A stretch of 63,693 nt of DNA, the filler included, from Craspedostauros australis (taxonomy: Eukaryota): the NCBI GenBank assembly GCA_030167865.1. It is 24 parts of 24 records of this genome, joined end to end, with 100 filler letters (N's around TTAATTAATTAA, not from the genome) between each part and the next. Parts side by side here need not be neighbours in the genome. Positions count along the whole stretch, not along the records: positions 23,799 to 25,617 come from JALAGF010002328.1; positions 25,718 to 28,360 come from JALAGF010002329.1; positions 28,461 to 31,168 come from JALAGF010002330.1; positions 31,269 to 32,718 come from JALAGF010002331.1; positions 32,819 to 34,219 come from JALAGF010002332.1; positions 34,320 to 35,947 come from JALAGF010002333.1; 18 more parts are not named here. One strand, 5' to 3'. Shown here piece after piece: positions 23,799 to 35,947 of this stretch; positions within the stretch are counted from its first letter, which is position 1, and each line of letters opens with the position of its first letter. Below the pieces are notes generated by a model. The model did no database searches, had not been told where the DNA came from, and saw nothing but the letters and a program-made list of their open reading frames with translations. Position numbers and translations under genes: made by a program.

Positions 23799-24795
23799 TC
23801 AAGGTGAGCTTGCCGAAGGACATGTCGGAAAATTGCTGGATGAAGTTTGGCGACTTGCCCAGGCAGTTGTCGATGATATCCTGCCGCGGGACGCTCGTCG
23901 CGCCGCTGTTGGTCAGAACGCGGATGATGAGGAAGGTCTTGTCGCCCATCGCAAGTTGCGAGGGCAGGTCTTCGAGCTGACGAGAGGTGTCGGAATCTCT
24001 GAGCCTGCGGTTGCTGGTCTCAACGCCGTTGATGTCGATGGCCATGTCCTCGATGGTCTTGCCTTCCGGCAGTCGGAGGGTGTAGTCATCGTTGTTCATG
24101 ACGGCACCCTCGATGAAGAGGGTGTGCATGGCCAGGGGGGATGGGACGACGTCATTCTCGTCGATCCATTCTGGCGTCAATCCCTCGATGTTGAGGTGGA
24201 CTCCTCCGAACTTTGCGGCGTCGACTCCGTGCAGCTTGCACTTGGCCACACGGGATGGTGCGCGGTCCCTGTACGAAACATGCCTTTGCGTGATGACACA
24301 TGGCGCTAGCAGCGTGTACTCCTGCCGGTGAAGTGATGGTTTAGCAGTGAGAGTGTGGCAATGCGAGAGAGAGTGAGAGAGACATGTTTTAGATCGTAGG
24401 GACAGAGAAGAGGAGAGAGTGAGAATGGCCATCGACGTCGAGCGCATCGGAATTCTCCATCAAATGACATGGCATGGCATGAAGCATTGGTGATGTATTT
24501 GATGTGTTTGATGGGTGGATCTGCTGATGTGCGAGCTTCATTTGTTGTCATCTGTCCGTCGATTGATGGATCATCGCAGCGCATCATGGACATCCTTTTG
24601 CATGTGGCCCATGTTGACTCCATGTTGATTCCATGGCGGTGCCATGTTGATTCCAGCATTGGAACCACCATCGTCCTCCACATGGTTCGCAGTTTCGGCA
24701 TGCATCACATGGTGGTGGCTTACCTCGGCTGCAACAAAGGCAGCACTCCAGGCGGAGCTCATGGCGAGCAAAGATGATGCGGCGAACAGCTTCAT
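23799..24795 (-). CDS. 5' part of a secreted M11 (gametolysin-like) metallopeptidase; exon 1 24795-24724, intron 24723-24322, exon 2 24321-23799 (cut by linker)
   Basis: signal peptide MKLFAASSLLAMSSAWSAAFVAAE|GTAAGC; CAG|GAGTAC acceptor in phase 0; prodomain with RRLR; sequence matches the start of the two following contigs. Confidence 0.8.
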
Positions 24796-25717
24796 AGTGG
24801 GATTTTGATGTGGAGCAGAGTGGAGTCGAGTGAAGTTGCGGTCGCGACTTGCGGTCTCAAGATTTTATGACGACTTCTGAGCGAGTTGGAGGACGATGCA
24901 ACAACAGAAGATGATGTCTGCACCTCACCAGCCAGAGCACACAAAACCAGTGAGTGTGGACGTCCTTTGGTGCTTGTTGCAGATGACCGTGTGTCGGTTG
25001 GTTTGCGTCAGATGTCACGCATCTGCGAAGGATCCAGGCTCGTGTGTCGCACAAATCTCCGGAGGTGCCGACCGCAGAAGATCACCAGCATCAGTGCGGT
25101 GGCGGCTCCGGTTGGCATCCACCAGTTTCCGTTGTTGTTCCACGCCAAACCTTCAGACTTTGGGTTAGCTCTCCTCGCGTCCGTCATCACCGAATTCTCT
25201 TCTCGCGTGTGGCGTCCAAAAAGCGTGAGCAAGAGAAACCACAGGGAGTTGTCGGAAAAAGAGAAAATCACGTTTTTTGTGTCGGAGTCTGTTCGCAAAT
25301 GACAAGAAACTGCCAGTTGCCAGTTCGCCACACGTGATGGAGCGCACTCGATTCGAGATGTTCGACTCATACGACTACTACAAGAATGCCGAGTTGGTTC
25401 ACGAGAGCAAACGATCATTTCTGAGTCCCGCATTGTTGCGGGTGTGGAGATGGGATTTCCTCGCTGCGGCATTGTTTTGGTGTTGCTCATTCTCGTCACA
25501 CTTTGCTGCGGTGGTCCGGAAAAAGCACCGTCTTCTTGGTTGGCAGAACAAGTCCTTGTCTTCTGGTTTGTTGGCTTGTACTACTGTTATATTGAACTCA
25601 TCAAAAGCCCACCAGGGNNNNNNNNNNNNNNNNNNNNNNNNNNNNNNNNNNNNNNNNNNNNTTAATTAATTAANNNNNNNNNNNNNNNNNNNNNNNNNNN
25701 NNNNNNNNNNNNNNNNN

Positions 25718-28360
25718 ACCTCAACATCGAGGGATTGACGCCAGAATGGATCGACGAGAATGACGTCGTCCCATCCCCCCTGGCCATGCACACCCTCTTC
25801 ATCGAGGGTGCCGTCATGAACAACGATGACTACACCCTCCGACTGCCGGAAGGCAAGACCATCGAGGACATGGCCATCGACATCAACGGCGTTGAGACCA
25901 GCAACCGCAGGCTCAGAGATTCCGACACCTCTCGTCAGCTCGAAGACCTGCCCTCGCAACTTGCGATGGGCGACAAGACCTTCCTCATCATCCGCGTTCT
26001 GACCAACAGCGGCGCGACGAGCGTCCCGCGGCAGGATATCATCGACAACTGCCTGGGCAAGTCGCCAAACTTCATCCAGCAATTTTCCGACATGTCCTTC
26101 GGCAAGCTCACCTTGACGGCGGAAAACACCAACGGATCTTCCGATGGCATTCTGGACATCACCATCGCGCGTGCAATCAACGGTGCAAACGGGGACAACA
26201 TCGAAGCGGATGTCACCACAGCCCTCGCCAACATTGGCATTGACGAAGACACCTTCGATCATCTCCTTTACACCTTCCCGTACGGTTCCATGAGCGGCGG
26301 CGATGTGGACTGGCTTGGTAAGCCCACCGAGTTTGTCTGTATGCTGTCGTGACGTAGTGTTTGTTTGTTTCGCTTGGCTTCACTTCACCATTGGTGGCTC
26401 GCCTGCGCCATGTGCATTTGACAACACCACGCACACCTTCTCACCCTCGTCACACACCATGCTACTATATGCCAACATGTGCGCGCTTTGGTATTGCGCG
26501 AATATTCCACTCTCACTGTTCCAATCTCTGCTCCCTTCGACAATATAAATGGGCTTGCTCCTGTCGCAGCCTACGCAGATACACCGGGTTCCACCGCTGT
26601 CTACAACGGCATCAACGACCCCCCTGGCGAGCACTACCTTTACGACATATCCACTGTCGTCCACGAAACCGGACACAACTACAACCTCGACCACAGTAAT
26701 GAGGGAGCAGAGGAATATGGTGACACCTCGTAAGTGCTCTGCCTTCCTGCGTCGGCTTCGTCTTGAACATGGTTGGGTGTGCAATTCATTCACACGTGAG
26801 CTCGCCGTGCAATTTTGACATCGGATGGGCGCAACCAAGTCCAGGGATGGATACTCTCTGCCATTCTGCCTCCCCTATGTGTATGTGCGCACAACCCACA
26901 AACCCCATCATGCCACCTCCTCACCGCGCGCTTTGCTCTTCGTCTCGCTCCCCTTCGTCCTATTCCGTCATGTACTCCTCGAATAACCATCGCGATCAAC
27001 CATTTTGGGGCATCTTCTTCGCTTTCCAGTGGCGCAATGGGTTTCGGTATCGGCGTACAGGACAGTTTGGACGAGATCAAAGGCTACAACGGTACGTCGC
27101 CTGCCAGAACAAAATGAACAAATGCACGGGTGCTGCTGCCTCCTATAATGTCTGGGAACAACTACGTGTCTGGTCTGCTCGCAGGCAACTGTCTTCCTCC
27201 CACTTCGCTGATCACTCCTCTCACCCATTCGCAATGCCGTCACCGCGTTGCCCCGAACATTCGTTCCTCGTCACTCGTTTCGTGGCAACGGAACCGCCGT
27301 GTCTTTTCCATGCTCACACTATTTGAACATCGACGGTCATGCCGACGATCATCACATCATTATATCTGCACTGTCGCGTTTTCATCGTGCACTGCAACCA
27401 AACAGGAGCCAAGAGCTTCGAGATTGGCTGGTATTCTGACCGAATGCTCGACCTGACTTCGGCGGGCGATAGCTACGAAGGCGTGATGTGCGGCGTGGTC
27501 GACTACAACCCATCCGACACCAGCTACATCGTGGGCCTCAGAATCAGAGATACGGGCAACTCGCAGGACTACTACGTCGCTTTCAACAGGGCCTCTGGCT
27601 TCAACAAAGACAGCACCGAAGGCAGGAACCAGGTTCTCGTGACGACAGCCCCGGCCTTCACTGGCACCACTACACAGTCCGTGTTGCTGTCGAGGCTCGA
27701 CGCAGGAGGTTCGTTCAGAAACGCCGACCCATCGTCGCTCGGTGGCATCAGCGTGTACGTGGACAGCATCGACCGTCTCTTCGTCAACGACAGGGTTTGC
27801 GCGACCGTCAAGGTCCAGTATGGCGAATTCTCTCCAGCGGCAACATCCGCGCCGAGTGCCTCCCCAGCGCTAACCAACGCTGCGCAAGCGTGGTATAGCA
27901 CAACCGTGACAGACACATTCACCAATGTCATCGAATCGTTCCGATTCGACCTGACCATCACTGCTGATGTGAGAATCACGGGCATGCGGTTGATCTTGGC
28001 CAACCGCTCGCAACAGGCATACTCCATCTATTTCCGGTCCAGCACCTGGAATGCCGATGGAACCTGGATGCAGATTGCCTCTGGTAACATCATGCCCGAA
28101 GGCCTCGGTCGGTTCACTGACGAGATCACATTCAACGCCCCGATTGAATTGTCCGCCGCTGACGGTACTGTTGCGTTCCGCATCGACTCGCCAACCAAAC
28201 TTCTGACTGAGTTTCAAAATACCTTCGCGGCTCATCCAGCCAACGGTTTCAGCTGTCCAAACTGCCCATTCAATGTCTTCTACGGACAAGCTGGCGTAGT
28301 TGCATCCGATAGCCAGAACAACTCTTTTGATTTTGCCGGATATCCTTTCGTCGGAGCCAT
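25718..28360 (+). CDS. M11 gametolysin-like metzincin, copy A (partial); exons 25718-26317, 26570-26729, 27030-27091, 27406-28360
   Basis: spliced product WLAYADTPG...HETGHNYNLDH...EYGDTSGAMG (Met-turn)...YNGAKSFEIGWY; all three introns GT-AG and phase-compatible; S/P/A linker then a beta-rich C-terminal domain. Confidence 0.85.
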
Positions 28361-28460
28361 NNNNNNNNNNNNNNNNNNNNNNNNNNNNNNNNNNNNNNNN
28401 NNNNTTAATTAATTAANNNNNNNNNNNNNNNNNNNNNNNNNNNNNNNNNNNNNNNNNNNN

Positions 28461-31168
28461 ACCTCAACATCGAGGGATTGACGCCAGAATGGATCGACGA
28501 GAATGACGTCGTCCCATCCCCCCTGGCCATGCACACCCTCTTCATCGAGGGTGCCGTCATGAACAACGATGACTACACCCTCCGACTGCCGGAAGGCAAG
28601 ACCATCGAGGACATGGCCATCGACATCAACGGCGTTGAGACCAGCAACCGCAGGCTCAGAGATTCCGACACCTCTCGTCAGCTCGAAGACCTGCCCTCGC
28701 AACTTGCGATGGGCGACAAGACCTTCCTCATCATCCGCGTTCTGACCAACAGCGGCGCGACGAGCGTCCCGCGGCAGGATATCATCGACAACTGCCTGGG
28801 CAAGTCGCCAAACTTCATCCAGCAATTTTCCGACATGTCCTTCGGCAAGCTCACCTTGATGGCGGAAAACACCAACGGATCTTCCGATGGCATTCTGGAC
28901 ATCACCATCGCGCGTGCAATCAACGGTGCAAACGGGGACAGCATCGAAGCGGATGTCACCACAGCCCTCGCCAACATTGGCATTGACGAAGACACCTACG
29001 ATCATCTCCTTTACACCTTCCCGTATGGTTCCATCAGCGGCGGCGATGTGGACTGGCTTGGTAAGCCCACCGAGTTTGTCTGTATGCTGTCGTGACGTAG
29101 TGTTTGTTTGTTTGTTTGTTTGTTTGTTTGTTTGTTTCGCTTGGCTTGGTTTCACTTCACCGTTGGTGGCTCGCCTGCGCCATGTGCATTTGCCAACACC
29201 AAGGGAGGCCCGCTTTGTTCTTCACGATGCAAACACCACGCACACCTTCTCACCCTCCTCACAAACCATGCTACTACATGCCAACATGTGCGCGCTTTGG
29301 TATTGCGCGAATATTCCACTCTCACTGTTCCAATCTCTGCTCCCTTCGATAATAAATGGGCTTGCTCCTGTCGCAGCCTACGCAGATACACCGGGTTCCA
29401 TCACTGTCTACAACGGCATCAACGACCCCCCTGGCGAGCACCACCTTTACGACATATCCACCATCACCCACGAAATCGGACACAACTACAACCTTGATCA
29501 CAGTAGTCAAGGAGGAGAGGAATATGGTGACACCTCGTAAGTGCTCTGCCTTCCTGCGTCGGCTTCGTCTTGAATGTGGTTGGGTGTGCAATTCATTCAC
29601 ACGTGAGCTCGCCATGCAATTTTTGCATCGGATGGGCGCGAGCCAGTCCAACTCCAGGAATGGATGCTCTCTACCATTCTGCCTCCCCTATGCGTATGTG
29701 CGCACAAACCACAAACCCCATCATGCCACCTCCTCACCGTGTGCTTTTCTCTTCGTCTTGCTCCCCTTCGTCCTATTCCTTCATGTACTCCTCGAATAAC
29801 CATCGCGATCAACCATTTTGGGGCATCTTCTTCGCTTTCCAGTGGCATAATGGGTGGCGCTATCGGCGTACAGGACAGTTTGGACGAGATCAAAGGCTAC
29901 AACGGTACGTCGCCTGCCAGAACAAAATGAACAAATGCACGGGTGCTCCTGCCTCCAAAAATGCCTGCGAATAACTACGTGTCTGGTCTGCTCGCAGGCA
30001 ACTGTCTTCCTCCCACTTCGCTGATCACTCCTCTCACCCATTCGCAATGTCGTCACCGCTTTGCCCCGAACATTCGTTCCTCGCCACTCGTTTCGTGGCA
30101 ACGGAACCGCCGTGGCTGTTCCATGCTCACACTATTTGAACATCAACGGTCACGCCGACGATCATCACATCATATCTGCTGTCGCGTTTTCATCGTGCAC
30201 TGCAACCAAACAGGAGCCAAGAGCTTCGAGATTGGCTGGTATTCTGACCGAATGCTCGACCTGACTTCGGCGGGCGATAGCTACGAAGGCGTGATGTGCG
30301 GCGTGGTCGACTACAACCCATCCGACACCAGCTACATCGTGGGCCTCAGAATCAGAGATACGGGCAACTCGCAGGACTACTACGTCGCTTTCAACAGGGC
30401 CTCTGGCTTCAACAAAGACAGCACCGAAGGCAGGAACCAGGTTCTCGTGACGACAGCCCCGGCCTTCACTGGCACCACTACACAGTCCGTGTTGCTGTCG
30501 AGGCTCGACGCAGGAGGTTCGTTCAGAAACGCCGACCCATCGTCGCTCGGTGGCATCAGCGTGTACGTGGACAGCATCGACCGTCTCTTCGTCAACGACA
30601 GGGTTTGCGCGACCGTCAAGGTCCAGTATGGCGAATTCTCTCCAGCGGCAACATCCGCGCCGAGTGCCTCCCCAGCGCTAACCAACGCTGCGCAAGCGTG
30701 GTATAGCACAACCGTGACAGACACATTCACCAATGTCATCGAATCGTTCCGATTCGACCTGACCATCACTGCTGATGTGAGAATCACGGGCATGCGGTTG
30801 ATCTTGGCCAACCGCTCGCAACAGGCATACTCCATCTATTTCCGGTCCAGCACCTGGAATGCCGATGGAACCTGGATGCAGATTGCCTCTGGTAACATCA
30901 TGCCCGAAGGCCTCGGTCGGTTCACTGACGAGATCACATTCAACGCCCCGATTGAATTGTCCGCCGCTGACGGTACTGTTGCGTTCCGCATCGACTCGCC
31001 AACCAAACTTCTGACTGAGTTTCAAAATACCTTCGCGGCTCATCCAGCCAACGGTTTCAGCTGTCCAAACTGCCCATTCAATGTCTTCTACGGACAAGCT
31101 GGCGTAGTTGCATCCGATAGCCAGAACAACTCTTTTGATTTTGCCGGATATCCTTTCGTCGGAGCCAT
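28461..31168 (+). CDS. M11 gametolysin-like metzincin, copy B (partial); exons 28461-29060, 29377-29536, 29843-29904, 30214-31168
   Basis: HEIGHNYNLDH...EYGDTSGIMG; same exon structure as copy A; longer (TTTG)n in intron 1 at about 29101-29137. Confidence 0.85.
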
Positions 31169-31953
31169 NNNNNNNNNNNNNNNNNNNNNNNNNNNNNNNN
31201 NNNNNNNNNNNNTTAATTAATTAANNNNNNNNNNNNNNNNNNNNNNNNNNNNNNNNNNNNNNNNNNNNTCACTCACTCCTCTCACATGCTCACCGACAAT
31301 CACACTTGCTCAGAACATGGAGTTCTGGCACGATCAGTCCAGTCCTTCGATGTTGTTCCAGTCCGCTCTTTGTTCTCCTTCGCTGGATCTCTATCGGTCA
31401 CGTAATCATGTTCTGGGTTCCGAGCGATTCAGTCCGTGATTGCGTCCTTGCATAGATGTTTCAAGTTAACCGGTCAACCCTCATGCTTGGAACACTTCGG
31501 TGTTCCAGTCTCCTTTTTACATCCATCGTTCGCCATACCAGTTCGTCAATCCACTCAAACCATGTCTCACGATTAGTCCGTCCGTCGTCCGTCATACTCT
31601 TGACACACAGAGGAGGAGGTCCACAATAGACTTGGGAGCGTGTCCGACTTTGATAGATCGGTGAGTCTAATTTTGGTATTATGGGAGGTGCGGCAATCTA
31701 GGATAACACGACATAGTCGCACCCTCGATTCCTGACAATTATAGTGATTATCTCTGACTGTGCAAAGGCTGTGAACATGGGAGTGTGCTGCTGCACCGTC
31801 CGTCTTGGGACCGTATACCAACAGTTTTGATTAACAAAAGCAGAACACACAGCAACATCGAGTGCCTCGACGGACGCGGCCGAGGGCACGTGAGTCTCAA
31901 GAGAAATCGTTTGAAATGAGCTTAATCGAAGTAGTCGTTATTTTCTCAAATAC

Positions 31954-32053
31954 TGGACTGGTGAATCCACTTACGGTAAGTGGATTCACGAGTCCACTTA
32001 TTTTTCTATTTCGTGCACAGGGGTCGTAAGTGGACTCACCAGTCCACTTACGA
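31954..32053. repeat. Nested palindromes built from a TAAGTGGA(C/T)T motif
   Basis: TGGACTGGTGAATCCACTTAC-G-GTAAGTGGATTCACGAGTCCA and TCGTAAGTGGACT-CACC-AGTCCACTTACGA. Confidence 0.85.
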
Positions 32054-32116
32054 AAACGCCCACACAAAAAATTCCTTACGGATATGATGCTGATGTTATG
32101 TTTCTCGTTCGTCAGG

Positions 32117-32718
32117 TTACGGCTTCTTGAACGGATCATCACGGAATGGTTCGAACTCCTCGCGATTGCGGATAAAGATGGCCGCGTCGCGGATGTAGCT
32201 CATCATGATGGGCAAAATGATGAAGGAGGAGTACGTCGGGGCAAACAGACCGTCGCATTGTCCCAGGAGGATCATGTCCGCCATCGCTTCGGCCATCTTG
32301 TCGTTTTTCTCGTCCGGCGTGAGGATAGCACTCGTGTTGCTCTTGGAATCTCCGAACCAAACGCCCGATTCTGGCAACCGCTTCGCCGTCTCCGATGTAT
32401 CCACCTCGGGCATGATGACCTTCCATCCCGTTGGCACGTTGTTCTGGAACCAGCCTTGGATGTTGGGATCGTCACCAGCAACGAAAAGGCTGACGCCGCC
32501 CTCCGTCTTCTCGCTGTTCGCCTTGTCCTTTGAGAACTTGATCATCTCCTCCAACACCATTCCCATCATGGCATCTTTATTGTTGACGTGGCGCCATTTT
32601 CTGCCTTCCCAGTTGCCTGTCTCGCCGTTCCCCAGACGAAAGTGCGCGCACATGTGCAGCGGTTGCACCTGCTTCTGCACAGGCACGAGCTTGTCGGTGA
32701 CGATCGGTTTGAGGTTGT
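32117..32718 (-). CDS. NodZ/GT23-like fucosyltransferase, C-terminal part
   Basis: HFRLGNGE (motif I, NodZ-type HxRxGNGE), LFVAGDD (motif II), AMADMILLGQCDGLFAPTYSSF (motif III); 5' end cut by linker. Confidence 0.7.
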
Positions 32719-32819
32719 NNNNNNNNNNNNNNNNNNNNNNNNNNNNNNNNNNNNNNNNNNNNTTAATTAATTAANNNNNNNNNNNNNNNNNNNNNNNNNN
32801 NNNNNNNNNNNNNNNNNNC

Positions 32820-33257
32820 GTGGAAATTTTCTTCAACCTGCCACTCATCCACGTTGCAGAAGGTAGCAGTGAGTTCGCAGATGCCTACGTCACCTTCCTT
32901 ACAGAGGAGACGGACGCCACGACACGTAAGAAGATCTACAAATTGCGAACAATCTGTATCCAAGCCAAAGATCATGGCGAGGATACAAGCTCAGACATGA
33001 AGGACTACAAGAAAAATGCCTCCGCAGTGGCGAACCCCGGACTGCATACTCTCTTTGGCGGAGACCTGATATACACCGTTGCAGGTACGCAAAGCACAGT
33101 TGCTTGGGGTTTCGGCGGAGACTTTCCATACGTTCCTTTCGTGGTGGACAAGTCCATCATCCTGAAGAATCAGATGGACGGAATGGCCAAGCGCCGTAAT
33201 CAAACCGCAAAACATGGCGCGCACGCTGAACTCTTCTTCGTACCCTACCCACGATAG
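32820..33257 (+). CDS. Hypothetical protein, C-terminal fragment
   Basis: open from the contig edge, coding-like composition; no family recognised. Confidence 0.4.
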   Translation: MEIFFNLPLIHVAEGSSEFADAYVTFLTEETDATTRKKIYKLRTICIQAKDHGEDTSSDMKDYKKNASAVANPGLHTLFGGDLIYTVAGTQSTVAWGFGGDFPYVPFVVDKSIILKNQMDGMAKRRNQTAKHGAHAELFFVPYPR

Positions 33258-34319
33258 AAGACAGCCAAGGAACTCACGTACAACGACCGCCTCGACGAAG
33301 AGGACCAAGAGGAAGCCTGAACGATCTCGATAGATGACATCAACGACGAGGGAATTGCGGGTATCGTGCCGTGAAGCAACAACCAGGCAGCCGTACCAAC
33401 GCGGCAAATGCCGCACGCCTCACGAAGGTCTCGTTCATTCCCGACGCCAACCAAAGGGCACACTGAAAAGGGGTTCGGTGTTTCCAATCTATGCATCAAT
33501 CCATCCGTGCATACATGCATCCTTCAGGACATCTGGTGGTTCTGATGAGTTCCGCGACGATACTCATGTCAGTACCAATGCATGGCCCTTCCGAAAGAAA
33601 GGCTGCGTTGCAGTCTTGCCAATATTACACGTAAAGAAAATCACTAGTACCAAATACACTAATACATGCATCACTCCGAGTACAAGTGTGGCTGCGAATG
33701 CTGCGTTGGCATTTTGCCACGCTGCGCATGCCATGCTACCTGCGGAGAACGGAAAATGCAGCAAGCCAGTAAGCGATAACGCTGGTTGTGGAGTTTTGTG
33801 CGTGATGAGTCGTCTTAAAGTAGACTACAATAGAGCACAACCAAACCCATCCAAATAACTGCTTATCATGTTATATCTCAACAACACATCATTTACAACT
33901 AGAAATAAATAGTGCATTCGGACACCTGTCTATCATTGATTCTGAATATCTAAGTTAAATTTATATGAGCTTTATTTTTAACATCATTTTGGCTTGCTGT
34001 CCGTCAGGTGGTGGATGGCAACAAAAACTCTGGATGCCGCCATGCTGCCCTCCTTTCAGCACCCATGATCATCATTATCATCCCTGGCATTTTCACAATC
34101 TGCGCACCACATTAGCTCCGCATACCCCCATCTATCCACTCCATGAAGCACTCCAAGTTCGATGTGCATTGCACACCCCAAAGCCTCCCTGCACTGAAAC
34201 GCAGCAATTTCGAAAAAAANNNNNNNNNNNNNNNNNNNNNNNNNNNNNNNNNNNNNNNNNNNNTTAATTAATTAANNNNNNNNNNNNNNNNNNNNNNNNN
34301 NNNNNNNNNNNNNNNNNNN

Positions 34320-35947
34320 CTCCAGAGTCCGTTTCCGTTGAGCCTGTCGATAGCCATGGCGTGTTTCAGGCTGTTGGGTACCAGGGTGCCGAACTTGTAC
34401 TTGCTTCCTGGGCGGTGGTTTGCCAGTTTGGTGGCTAGCATTGATCGCATGTGCTGGTTCCTTGCTCTGTGGAGTTCCACCCATTCGAACCCTTTCTGGT
34501 CCTGTAGGNNNNNNNNNNNNNNNNNNNNNNNNNNNNNNNNNGGCTGTTGGGCCCTTAGGTCTCCCATCCTGCACCATGATCGCATTCCGTTCATCCATAG
34601 GATCTCTAGGATTGCTTCGGTGGTTCCGTCCTCTCTTGTCTCGTGGTGGTGACGAGTGATTCCCTTTGCCTTCCAGTTGAGGTTCCTTCCATCGAGGATG
34701 AAGTTGTCTCTTTCGGTGTACTGGTCACATTGTGCCAGGTATGCGAGTTGGTTGACTTCTGTTGCCGTGAGGTTGCAGGCAAAAGAGATGGACGTCGTGT
34801 CCCATGGGATGTTCGTGTTGCACCCTGGTGGGTTCTGCCTCGGGTTCCCTGGGTGGTTTGTTAGGGTGGGTACCCTTTGCGGTGGCACGGTGTTCACGCC
34901 TGTCGTGACTGGATCCGCTGCGATGGTCTGGATTATGGATCTGATTGTTCCATGGACGATGTTTTTCCATGGGATGCCTTTCCTGGTACCTGTTGACAAA
35001 ACAGATCGTTTGTTTTGTTTGGTCCTCTTATTCCCTCCCCTTTCTTCGGGGCCGTCATCCATGCGTTGGTATGATGGTGGTCCCGACGAACACGGAAGAT
35101 ACGAAGACCCTGGGTCAGAGTCTCCCCTGTCTGGCGCATCGGGGCTCGTTCGTGGATTGTCCTTCTCGGTGGCACGCGTCGTGTGTGCCTTCGCTGCCCG
35201 TTTGGTTAGTGTTTGGGATCGGGTGACGGGTCCTGTGTTCCGTGCCTCCCCTGAATCAGGGATCCCGGTGGGTCGCGTCAGCTTGTCGGTCTTGTTCTCC
35301 CATGCCCGCGGGTGTGTCGTCTTGGCCGTCGCTGCATACCCTCTTTTAGGTGGGGTCTTGGTCTTCCATCCTTGTGGGGTACCGGACAGTTCCAGCGGGG
35401 TCCGTGTGCTAGGGTTATCCGCCTCGGGGTCCATGTCTTGGTCGAAGGTGACACGCCTGTTGTTGTTTATGCCCTTCCTGAAAGGGCGGACCACGCTCCG
35501 TACCAGCACGCGTCGAGATTCGTCATCCAGCACGTGGTAGGTGAGGAAGTCCCCATGGGACTCTGCCACGCCGAGCCAGTATCCTGACTTCTCCTTCGAA
35601 TTCGGGAAGGTGGCGTTGGGGTCATGGTACAAGACCTTCTCGTAGAATTGGAAAGTCAAGAGCGCAGAGATGTCGACGGTTTCCCCGTGTCGTACGGTGT
35701 ATGGGATTGCGTACCGTAGGGACGGGTCTGATGTATGGTTGTGCACGTAGCACATGTATCGGAAAGCGTGGAACCATGCTTTTGGCGGTGCCCCTGTCCG
35801 GTCAATGAGTGTCGTGACACATCGCTTCATGTACAGGATGGCGTTGTGCTCGGCCGGGTTCTGCTGCTGGTTGTGCGGTTCTGTCAGCCTTGATTTGATG
35901 TGGAGGTCCCTAAGAAGCTTGAGGACCTTCTCTCCGGTCTGTTCCTT
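34320..35947 (-). mobile_element. CoDi-type Copia pol fragment: integrase C-terminus, long linker, chromodomain-like segment, RT start
   Basis: TEPHNQQQNPAE, FQFYEKVLY, GYWLGVAESHGDFLTY, RSVVRP, ILEILWMNGMRSW, KYKFGTLVPNSLKHAMAIDRLNGNGLW. Confidence 0.9.

Noticed and set aside
23799..26120. Inverted duplication of the M11 gene
   Set aside because: The overlap is identical sequence at contig ends, and orientation across a linker is arbitrary.
31269..31823. Possible 5' LTR starting TGTTGG on the minus strand at 31823
   Set aside because: No convincing LTR end, primer-binding site or second copy in the window.
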